Position numbers and translations under genes: made by a program. A DNA stretch of 64,000 nucleotides from Spirochaetia bacterium (GTDB lineage: Bacteria; Spirochaetota; Spirochaetia; UBA9216), in NCBI GenBank assembly GCA_963677925.2, contig CAXXYH010000003.1:1280001-1344000 (forward strand), read 5' to 3'. This document shows positions 29,903 to 38,014 of the stretch, piece by piece. The stretch's first letter is position 1; the number at the start of each line of letters is the position of its first letter. Below the pieces are notes generated by a model. That model was not told the DNA's origin, searched no databases, and worked only from the letters and a program-made list of their open reading frames with translations.

Positions 29903-30006
29903 AATTTTTCTCCTGTAACGGGTTAATTATAGTTCAGATAATATACATTCTATTATTTATAAGACGTTTCTGTACAAAAACGTACGGAAACGAGTTGTTG
30001 AGTATA

Positions 30007-31662
30007 TCAGGAATTACGTCTTTCCATTACATAGCAGCTTCCAACCTGTTTTTTGGCCAGTTTTTTCAGTTCTCCGCAGCGGTTTGAGACCTCGAGATAA
30101 TGCTTAAAACTGAATTTACTTAATTCAACACCTGCCATACTCAGACCGATAAGGGGAAAGCGCTGCATTACGCCCTCCCTGTTTTTTTCTTCTATATACC
30201 CCTGTTTAAGATGGTCGGCATTATAAAATTTTCTGATTCCCGAATCGAATTGTTCAGCTATCAGCGACGAGGTCTCTTCTGCATGAGTTTCCGGAATAAC
30301 ATAAATGAAATCATCGCCTCCGATATGGCCGCAGAATGAAAGCTTTGAAGGGAATCCGCCTATATAACTTTTTAAAAGATCTGCAGTGAATTTTATTACT
30401 TCATCTCCCATTGAAAAACCGTATAAATCATTATAGGCCTTGAAATTATCAAGGTCGGCATAGACAACTGTCACAGCCTGCCTTTTATCTATCAATGATT
30501 GTACACGGCTGTTAATTTCGGTATTACCCGGTAATTTCGTCAGAGGATTCGCATTAAGCGCACGCATTCTAAGCTTGTTTATCCATAAAATCAGGTAAAG
30601 AAAAACAATAAATGAGAGTATCAAAATAAGCAGAATTATCGATATAGTATATACATAGGGACTGAAGGCGGCCGAGGCATCAAGCTCCATTACAACTCCG
30701 GCATTCAGACTTTCCAGCCAGAATACTCCTCCTTCAACCCTTAAACCGGAATAATTTTTATACAAATGTCTATTACGGACAAGTTCTCCCGGGTGTTCTT
30801 CAATCAATTGCTTTACGAGTGATATATTGCTTTCTCCGTTTAGAGAGGATGACCAGGAAGGATTGTAGATTGGTATATCATGATAATTACTGCTTATTCC
30901 GGCTTCGGTCAGTCTCTTCTGATATTCCGCTGCATAGAGCAGTTTTGTGATTGGCCTTCCGTATTCATCTATAAAATAAAAATCAAGTTTTTTATATATC
31001 GTATAAAAACCTTCATTGCTCCCAGAATCTGAAAGCTCGGAATCCTGCATATTGAACCCGAGCATTTCAAGGTTAATTTCATTCACAAGATAACCCAGTA
31101 CTTCCTTCTCTGAATCAGTAACCTGCACAAAAATTACAGCAAAAGTGTTGTCCGGACCTCGTCCGAATGCAGGGGGCTGATGATTAACAACAATGAAAAG
31201 ACCGTCTGTATGCCCATCTGCAACCATTACCCTGATTTTATCAAACTCTGGGTAGCTAACCCGAGGGCCCTGGTCGACACCTGCAATCACAAAAAAACCG
31301 TCTCTTGAAATAAGCTTTATCGGGATAGGCATTTCTGAAAAAAATATTGGTTCTCCGCCCGAAGTCTCAACATAGTTTGCGTTTCTTTCAAAATCTTTAA
31401 AAAATTTATGTACCGGCTCAAATCCGGCAATAGTTTTCATACTGTTGATATTATCTTCTATAAACCTTTCCGAAGCATTTTTAGTGTGCAGATAGATATT
31501 GTTGAAATAAATATTCAGATTTTCATCACTATTCTTTTTTAGAATCAGGTAGGAGATAAACAGAAAAACAATAATTAATATAACTGAAAGAAGAATAAAT
31601 CTTAGAAGCAGCCTGAAGGGATGCAGATTTTCAAGTGTATCGGTTCGAGGAAATTTCTCCAT
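30007..31662 (-). CDS. Membrane-bound diguanylate cyclase-family protein (GGDDF variant)
   Basis: NPLTKLPGN, DLDNFKAYNDLYGF, GHIGGDDFI; two TMs around a periplasmic domain. ATG 31662 preferred over TTG 31671. Confidence 0.88.
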   Translation of the reverse strand: MEKFPRTDTLENLHPFRLLLRFILLSVILIIVFLFISYLILKKNSDENLNIYFNNIYLHTKNASERFIEDNINSMKTIAGFEPVHKFFKDFERNANYVETSGGEPIFFSEMPIPIKLISRDGFFVIAGVDQGPRVSYPEFDKIRVMVADGHTDGLFIVVNHQPPAFGRGPDNTFAVIFVQVTDSEKEVLGYLVNEINLEMLGFNMQDSELSDSGSNEGFYTIYKKLDFYFIDEYGRPITKLLYAAEYQKRLTEAGISSNYHDIPIYNPSWSSSLNGESNISLVKQLIEEHPGELVRNRHLYKNYSGLRVEGGVFWLESLNAGVVMELDASAAFSPYVYTISIILLILILSFIVFLYLILWINKLRMRALNANPLTKLPGNTEINSRVQSLIDKRQAVTVVYADLDNFKAYNDLYGFSMGDEVIKFTADLLKSYIGGFPSKLSFCGHIGGDDFIYVIPETHAEETSSLIAEQFDSGIRKFYNADHLKQGYIEEKNREGVMQRFPLIGLSMAGVELSKFSFKHYLEVSNRCGELKKLAKKQVGSCYVMERRNS

Positions 31663-31714
31663 ACAGGTCAATTCTAAGATCTATAAGCATTATTTGCAAA
31701 CCTAAGTTAGACTC

Positions 31715-32698
31715 TTAAGTATTAACTCCTGATTTTTTTTCACTGAAAATAACAGGGGACAGTTTCACATACCAGGAGGAAAGCTGTATCTGGATGATGT
31801 AGCCAAGTGCTATAATTAAAGCAATATCCGCCCCTTCCCTTCCGAAGGTTGTCATGGCTATTGCCAGGGCTATGGAGAGATTTCTGAGTACTGTACCGTA
31901 AACCAGAGCCAGACCGTCTTCCTTGTTAAAAAAGCGTTTTGCAGTAAATGTGCTGATAACCAGATTTATGAAATAGAGAATCAACAGCGGCGGTATAAGC
32001 GATACAAATTTAAGTGGATCCAAAGCTATTGATTTTGCCTTTAAAGCCATTGCCACAAAAACTATCGCAAGTACACCAAGGGTGGAGATCGGAGGAAAAA
32101 TCTTCTTTATATCACTGTTATACCTTTCAGTACCAACCCGTTTTACTATGAGAGTCTGGGTCAGCCACCCGGCAAGAAGAGGCGCCGCAACTATGATTGC
32201 AATCTGAATAAATATTTTTGTCAGAGGGATTGAAATTTCTGCACCGAGGAGGGCTTTAATATAAAATGGAGTGAGCAGCGAGCCGATAATCAGCCCGAAG
32301 ACAGTCATCTTGACTGCGGCTTCAACATTGCCCTTTGACATTCCGGTCCAGGAGATTGTCATTCCGGATGTTGGAAGAAGAGCTACCAGGAGGATTCCAA
32401 GACTGAAATATGGATTCCCTCCGAAAAAAATCTTCCCGATAAAAAAGGCTATAAAAGGAATTATTGCAAAGTTGATCAGCTGAGTGAGCAGCTGGAGCTT
32501 GAAATCTCCTTTTGCAACAATTTTCTTCAGCTGAACGGTAACCATCATCGGGTATACCATAAGAAAGGTAAATGGAAGAACAAGGTTCTGAAGAAATGAG
32601 ATGTTCTCAAAAAGTAAGCCGAATATTATACCAGCGGCCATCACCACCGGGACTGCAATTATTAGATTTTTCTGAATTTTCTGAAGAATTTTAAACAT
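31715..32698 (-). CDS. Acr3/bile acid:Na+ symporter (BART) superfamily transporter, Cys-free subtype
   Basis: MVYPMM, INFAIIP, LLPTSGMTISWT..KGN, RNLSIALAIA; about 10 TMs. Confidence 0.8.
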   Translation of the reverse strand: MFKILQKIQKNLIIAVPVVMAAGIIFGLLFENISFLQNLVLPFTFLMVYPMMVTVQLKKIVAKGDFKLQLLTQLINFAIIPFIAFFIGKIFFGGNPYFSLGILLVALLPTSGMTISWTGMSKGNVEAAVKMTVFGLIIGSLLTPFYIKALLGAEISIPLTKIFIQIAIIVAAPLLAGWLTQTLIVKRVGTERYNSDIKKIFPPISTLGVLAIVFVAMALKAKSIALDPLKFVSLIPPLLILYFINLVISTFTAKRFFNKEDGLALVYGTVLRNLSIALAIAMTTFGREGADIALIIALGYIIQIQLSSWYVKLSPVIFSEKKSGVNT

Positions 32699-32718
32699 GG
32701 TATCTCCCCTCCTCTGAA

Positions 32719-32775
32719 ATTAAACCCTGCCGTATTGACAGGGTTTAATATATATATTTTTCTTTATATAGTCAA
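32719..32775 (-). promoter_or_regulatory. Promoter with an overlapping 11-bp inverted repeat (operator or terminator)
   Basis: Minus strand TTGACT-N17-TATATT (32775-32747); ATTAAACCCTG-N9-CAGGGTTTAAT at 32719-32749. Confidence 0.5.
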
Positions 32776-32794
32776 TAGAGAGGGGAAAGTGATA

Positions 32795-33718
32795 CTATTC
32801 CTCAAAAAGCCAGGTCGACAGATATCGTTCTCCGGTATCCGGAAGAAGAACAACTATCCGTTTTCCTTCATTCCCGTCCTGCTCAGCCAGCTTCAATGCC
32901 GCAGAAAGAGCAGCACCCGAAGATATTCCTGCCAGAATGCCTTCATTTTTGGCAAGCCTCCTCGCTGTTTCTCCAGCCTCCGAATCGGTAACACGAATAA
33001 TATGGTCAATTACTGATGTATCAAGATTAGTGGGTATAAATCCGGCACCAATCCCCTGTATTTTATGAGGGCCCGGACTGCCGCCTGAAATGACAGGTGA
33101 AGTTTCAGGCTCAACAGCTACAATTTTAATATCAGCCCTGTGTTTCTTGAGTCCACGCCCTACTCCGGTAACCGTACCACCGGTGCCGACCCCGGCTACA
33201 AAGATATCAAGCTCACCGCCGGTATCCCTCCAGATTTCCTCTGCAGTCGTACGAAAATGGAAATCCGGATTTGCCGGATTCTTAAACTGCCCGGGAATAA
33301 AAGAGTTCGGATACTGCAGGGATAACTCTTCCGCGCGGAGGATTGCCCCGTTCATGCCCTGAGCTCCCGGAGTAAGCACAAGTTCAGCACCCAGACTTTT
33401 TAAAAGCTTGCGTCGCTCAATGCTCATGGTATCGGGCATTGTAAGAATTACCCTGTAGCCCTTTACCGCCGAAATAAATGCGAGGGCGATACCTGTATTA
33501 CCGCTCGTAGGTTCGATAATGACACTGTCAGATGTTAAAAGACCCTGTTTTTCAGCATCTTCAATCAGGGCAAACCCGATTCTGTCCTTCACACTTGAGA
33601 AAGGATTAAAGGATTCTAGCTTCACAATAACCTCAGCCTTTAATCCTTCTGTAAGCTTATTCAGACGTACCAGAGGCGTATTGCCTATTAATTCAGTTAA
33701 ATTATTATAAATTGCCAT
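32795..33718 (-). CDS. cysK: Cysteine synthase A
   Basis: SVKDRI (PLP lysine), [36 protein letters not shown]. Confidence 0.96.
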   Translation of the reverse strand: MAIYNNLTELIGNTPLVRLNKLTEGLKAEVIVKLESFNPFSSVKDRIGFALIEDAEKQGLLTSDSVIIEPTSGNTGIALAFISAVKGYRVILTMPDTMSIERRKLLKSLGAELVLTPGAQGMNGAILRAEELSLQYPNSFIPGQFKNPANPDFHFRTTAEEIWRDTGGELDIFVAGVGTGGTVTGVGRGLKKHRADIKIVAVEPETSPVISGGSPGPHKIQGIGAGFIPTNLDTSVIDHIIRVTDSEAGETARRLAKNEGILAGISSGAALSAALKLAEQDGNEGKRIVVLLPDTGERYLSTWLFEE

Positions 33719-33729
33719 AAAAACTCCTA

Positions 33730-33757
33730 TCTACCTTTTAGACCTTTTTGGTAGTAT
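33730..33757 (-). promoter_or_regulatory. Candidate Rrf2 operator, copy upstream of cysK
   Basis: TCTACCTTTTAGACCTTTTTGGTAGTAT is 22/28 identical to 35300-35327. Confidence 0.62.
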
Positions 33758-33771
33758 TTAATACATAAAAA

Positions 33772-34836
33772 TTATGCGGGATTGATCACCCCGCCGCAAA
33801 TCACTTTATCATCCTTATAAAAAACCGCAGATTGCCCGGGAGTCACAGCAAACAAGCCCGATTCTGCAGACACCATCAGAACACCGGGAACCTCTGTCTG
33901 AGAGATTACTGCAGGGTACTCGTTTCCGGCGGATCTGATTTTTGCAGAAACATTCATACTTCCGGAAATATCCTCAATAGAAGAAAATACAGTATCAACG
34001 GTTGTGAATTCACTTTTCACAGCATCTTCAGACGAACCTACTATTATCCTGTTTTCCTGCGAATCAATTCCTGTGACATACAGGGGTTCACAGGAGGATA
34101 TACCGAGCCCCTTACGCTGCCCGATTGTAAACCTGCTGATTCCGCTGTGCCTGCCCAGAACGCGGCCTGTTTTATCTACGACATCACCGGAGGGCTCTTC
34201 ACCGATTATATCGGCCATGTCGCCTGAATAGAAATCCTGGCTTTCAGGGATATCAGCTACAGGCAGACCTAAATCTGCAGCCAGAGCACGGACCGCTGTC
34301 TTTGTCATCATCCCCAGGGGAAACATAGACTCGGAAAGCTGCTTCTGCGAAAGCCGGTAAAGAAAGTAGCTCTGATCCTTTTTGGGATCCTTACCTCTCA
34401 TTAGACTGTACCGATCTGAGGACGAATCGTATTCAGTGCGGACATAGTGACCGGTAGCAAACCGCTCGAAATCAAGCCCCTTACTCCTTGCAAGTTCAGG
34501 AAGCAGTCCGAATTTCATCTCGTGGTTGCACTTCACACAGGGATTGGGTGTCCGGCCGGAGCGGTATTCCAGCCTTACATAATCGAGGATGGAGGATTTG
34601 TATTCCTTTGAACAGTCGAGAGTCACAAAGGGAACGCCGATAAACTCGGCTATTTCAGCCGCCTTGTCTACTTCTTCCTGTTCATCAGGCCCGAAGCAGG
34701 CATGTTTCCCCGTTTTACGGTATTCACCGTCCCACAGGGTCATCATTACCGCCGTCACATCATGTCCTTCATTTTTAAGAATGGCGCATGCAACCGCAGA
34801 ATCTATCCCGCCGGAAAGGCCTACCGCTATCTTCAT
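33772..34836 (-). CDS. mnmA: tRNA U34 2-thiouridylase, atypical cysteine pattern
   Basis: SGGIDS PP-loop, TPNPCVKCN, ATGHY, KDQSYFL, FTIGQRKGL, VTPGQSAVFY. Confidence 0.93.
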   Translation of the reverse strand: MKIAVGLSGGIDSAVACAILKNEGHDVTAVMMTLWDGEYRKTGKHACFGPDEQEEVDKAAEIAEFIGVPFVTLDCSKEYKSSILDYVRLEYRSGRTPNPCVKCNHEMKFGLLPELARSKGLDFERFATGHYVRTEYDSSSDRYSLMRGKDPKKDQSYFLYRLSQKQLSESMFPLGMMTKTAVRALAADLGLPVADIPESQDFYSGDMADIIGEEPSGDVVDKTGRVLGRHSGISRFTIGQRKGLGISSCEPLYVTGIDSQENRIIVGSSEDAVKSEFTTVDTVFSSIEDISGSMNVSAKIRSAGNEYPAVISQTEVPGVLMVSAESGLFAVTPGQSAVFYKDDKVICGGVINPA

Positions 34837-34850
34837 CAGTCTTATTTCTC

Positions 34851-35297
34851 CTAAATTTCATACACGAAAGGCAGAGTTTCCCGCTGCTTTTCTTTATATC
34901 GCCTGACTACACTCTCAAGCGTAATATCTTCAAGGTAATCGGAAATAACATTATTCAGCCCTTCCCATATTTCGGAAACTGCACAGCCGGGAAGCCTGCT
35001 GCAGTCATCATTTGAGTTTGAACATTCAACCACCTGCAGACCGCCCTCAAGAGCTTCAACAATTTCACGTACGGTTACTGCGGAAGGAAGCTTTGAAAGC
35101 ATATAGCCGCCGTGCGTTCCCCGGACCGAAGTCAAAATTCCCGCTGTCCGCAGCGGAATGACAAGCTTGCTCAGATATTTTTCAGAGATATCCTGCTTTT
35201 TTGCAATATCCCCGAGAAATACGGGTTCATTTGTATTTCTTGAGGCAAGCTCTGTTAAAAATCTTAATCCGTATCTGCTTCTTGTTGAAAGTTTCAT
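34851..35297 (-). CDS. Rrf2 family regulator (IscR/CymR-like)
   Basis: MKLSTRSRYGLR, IAKKQDISEKYL, SVRGTHGGY, C-x6-C-x5-C triad. Confidence 0.92.
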   Translation of the reverse strand: MKLSTRSRYGLRFLTELASRNTNEPVFLGDIAKKQDISEKYLSKLVIPLRTAGILTSVRGTHGGYMLSKLPSAVTVREIVEALEGGLQVVECSNSNDDCSRLPGCAVSEIWEGLNNVISDYLEDITLESVVRRYKEKQRETLPFVYEI

Positions 35298-35299
35298 AC

Positions 35300-35327
35300 T
35301 CTACCTTAATTACCCTTTTAGTAGTAT
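35300..35327 (-). promoter_or_regulatory. Candidate Rrf2 autoregulatory operator
   Basis: TCTACCTTAATTACCCTTTTAGTAGTAT overlaps the TATACT -10 of a TTGATT-N18-TATACT promoter. Confidence 0.62.
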
Positions 35328-35362
35328 ATATATTTATTACCATTTTAATCAAGTATTTTCGA

Positions 35363-35839
35363 CTAAAAAGTTATTCCGGCAAGCAGCCTGAGATCAGTAT
35401 CTGTATCCCGGGGTTTAGCTCTTACGGAGAGCAGAGGACATATTGTAAACATATCGGCAAAAACGAACCTGGCGCCCAGCTCGGCTTCGGGATAAACATG
35501 CGATTGTTCAGTCTTTTCATAGACAAGTCCCAGACCTGCAAAAGCTGACACTGCATCAAAGTCATACCTGCAGGTCAGATTAAAAGCCATGTCAAACCTC
35601 TCCTGCAGGTAGTAAAACTCCGCAGACAGCCCGGGACAGAATGCAGAGCGGCCGTCAAACCACAGTTGAACCGCAGCACCCGGCTGAATAATCTCTACAC
35701 CATAGGGGGTTATATCAACATTCACACCAAGGCTGAGGTCAGTTGACATACAGACGGCATTTCCCGCTGCCGGTAAAAAAAGCAGGGCGCAGAACAGCAA
35801 TAGTTTAAGTTTTTTTCCAGAATCAGCAATTGACGTCAA
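35363..35839 (-). CDS. Hypothetical small outer-membrane beta-barrel-like protein
   Basis: Signal peptide, alternating beta-strand pattern, terminal LLAGITF; AAGGA SD before TTG. Confidence 0.55.
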   Translation of the reverse strand: MTSIADSGKKLKLLLFCALLFLPAAGNAVCMSTDLSLGVNVDITPYGVEIIQPGAAVQLWFDGRSAFCPGLSAEFYYLQERFDMAFNLTCRYDFDAVSAFAGLGLVYEKTEQSHVYPEAELGARFVFADMFTICPLLSVRAKPRDTDTDLRLLAGITF

Positions 35840-35962
35840 ATTTTATCCTTTTTTATTTTACGAATTTAAATCACAGTACGAAAATTATTATATAGCAGAA
35901 GCAAGGCCTTGTCTGTGATTACTTTCTGGCTAATTCAAATCAAAAGGGTTATACTTTTCTCT

Positions 35963-36424
35963 ATGAAACAAAAAAGACTGTTAGTAACACTATCACTTCT
36001 AATTATTGTTATATTATCCGGATGCGCTTCCATTGGCGGAGTGAGCAGCGGCGAAATTAATGAAATTATCGGAATGATAAACAGCGGAGAAAGCGACATT
36101 CTGATTTCAATGAGTTCCGAACCATTTCTTGTTGACGGAGAGGTTCTGCCGGGTGTGCAGCTGAACAGCATGTTCTGGAACGGATTGAAATCTGCCGGTT
36201 TCAGAATAGAGAATCCGGTTCTTTTATCGGCAGAAAAGTTCATACCGGGAACAAGCCGGTGGCCGTCGGAATCGAAGGCAGCGGAACTGTTTCTTCAGAA
36301 ATATCCCGATGCAAAAGCCAGGCTTGCGGTCATTGGCTGTGATTCCGGAACCGTCTATCTGCTTACAGGGAAAGATGTTGAAGGAGCTGTAAAGATTTAT
36401 GCCTGGGGAGGACCGGTAAGATGA
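35963..36424 (+). CDS. Hypothetical lipoprotein
   Basis: MKQKRLL...ILSGC lipobox when started at ATG 35963. Confidence 0.7.
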   Translation: MKQKRLLVTLSLLIIVILSGCASIGGVSSGEINEIIGMINSGESDILISMSSEPFLVDGEVLPGVQLNSMFWNGLKSAGFRIENPVLLSAEKFIPGTSRWPSESKAAELFLQKYPDAKARLAVIGCDSGTVYLLTGKDVEGAVKIYAWGGPVR

Positions 36425-37449
36425 AAAGGTTCGGATTTTTAACAATTACCGCGGTAATACTGCTTATAGCATCAGCAGGCAGCATTTCTGCACAGGAATC
36501 TGATGTCGTTTATGTTGACGGATGGGTCGATATGAAAGACAGCAGAGGCGATATATATGAACTGTTCATCGGCGATCACCTGGTTTCCGGAGATACAGTC
36601 ATTACCGGAGAAGACGGAACTGCCGAACTTGAACCCCAGCAGGGAAGCAGAATAATCATCACACCTGACACGGTATTTTCATTAAGTGAACGTAATGTAG
36701 ACGGGAAGAAGCAGAGTGTAGCTGCAACCACAATAGGTCAGGTGAGGTTCAAGTTCAATATGATGACCCAGGAGCCGCTTATTTCAACCCCGTCTGCGGT
36801 AGCGGGGGTAAGAGGCACAGAGTTTACTGTATATGCAGGGGCTGACGGATCATCGATGATAACTGTGGATTCAGGAGCCGTTGAAGTCTTCGGTACGGAG
36901 AGCAGTGTATATCTCGGCGGGAACGAAGGGGTTGAAATGTCGGCGGAAGGACAACTCGGAGACAAGTTTGATGTGTTTGAGGGTAAGATTGATTTTTCAG
37001 CCTGGAATGCCTCAAAGATTGATTCGATGATGGCCGATCCGGTATCAGCTTTGAAAATGATGAATGTAAGCCTTTCAAAGATGCTTGATGAAATGGAAGA
37101 ATGGGGAAAGATGCATGAAGAAGCCTCAGCGGAGGTCAGTAGGCTGCGTGAAAAGCAGAAAGCACTTATAAAAGATGGAAAGGTTGAAGAGGCAAAAACT
37201 CTTGAATCAGAGCAGCTGAAACCTCTTGAAATAACATCATCGAAAATGGTTATAAATTACAGGCATCATGCCCTCTCTGCCCTTTCCATGAGGCAGCATG
37301 TGCTTGGAGCCTTCTATTTAAGAATGAAAACAGCATACATCAGAAATACTGATGACAGCATATACAGGGATTTCCTGAATGAGTATCAGGGTGCCGTAAC
37401 TGTATTTGAATCAAGAACCGAAGATTATCTTATAGACTCAGATTATTAA
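36421..37449 (+). CDS. Secreted FecR-domain protein with C-terminal coiled coil
   Basis: GDTVITGEDGTAEL, ISTPSAVAGVRGTEF, ITVDSGAVEV; cleavable signal peptide. Confidence 0.85.
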   Translation: MKRFGFLTITAVILLIASAGSISAQESDVVYVDGWVDMKDSRGDIYELFIGDHLVSGDTVITGEDGTAELEPQQGSRIIITPDTVFSLSERNVDGKKQSVAATTIGQVRFKFNMMTQEPLISTPSAVAGVRGTEFTVYAGADGSSMITVDSGAVEVFGTESSVYLGGNEGVEMSAEGQLGDKFDVFEGKIDFSAWNASKIDSMMADPVSALKMMNVSLSKMLDEMEEWGKMHEEASAEVSRLREKQKALIKDGKVEEAKTLESEQLKPLEITSSKMVINYRHHALSALSMRQHVLGAFYLRMKTAYIRNTDDSIYRDFLNEYQGAVTVFESRTEDYLIDSDY

Positions 37450-37464
37450 GTAAAGGAGAAACAT

Positions 37465-37920
37465 ATGAAACGGAAAGTAATAATATTATTGACGGCACTG
37501 ATAGTTGCACTGTCATTCTCATGCGATGGATTGCTGGGGATGCTGCTGCCCATGTCGGTTAACGAAAGAATTGCGGCATTCACAGTTACAATCAATTCAG
37601 AAGATCGTACAGCCGATGCAATACTGCTTCACTTTGCCCCCGAATCTGAAATGATCAACAGGGAAAATGCGGAGGATATTGGATTCTGGGACCTGCGGTT
37701 TGATCCTGATGCAAGTTTTGCTATAACTGTGACCGACTCAAGTGATCCGCTTAATGTTACTGCTGCAATGGTAAAAACAGTGGAGGGAGCTGCGCTGGAT
37801 CCTGTCGAACTTATTTTTGTCATGTACCAGGAAGCTTCAGGAAATTATCTTATTAAAGAAATTTGGGATGACATCACTGATACTACCGACGGATGGCTTA
37901 TCAGACAGATAAATCAGTAA
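37465..37920 (+). CDS. Hypothetical lipoprotein
   Basis: MKRK...ALSFSC lipobox; AAGGAG SD. Confidence 0.7.
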   Translation: MKRKVIILLTALIVALSFSCDGLLGMLLPMSVNERIAAFTVTINSEDRTADAILLHFAPESEMINRENAEDIGFWDLRFDPDASFAITVTDSSDPLNVTAAMVKTVEGAALDPVELIFVMYQEASGNYLIKEIWDDITDTTDGWLIRQINQ

Positions 37921-37980
37921 ACAGAGCTTCTTTCAAAACTAGGTTTGTTTTGAAATTGCCTCAGCAAATAAAACATTAAC

Positions 37981-38014
37981 AGCCGGGCGGGAATAAATTC
38001 TGTCCGGCTTTTTT
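37981..38014 (+). terminator. Intrinsic terminator
   Basis: AGCCGGGCGGG...TCTGTCCGGCT followed by a T-run. Confidence 0.72.
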
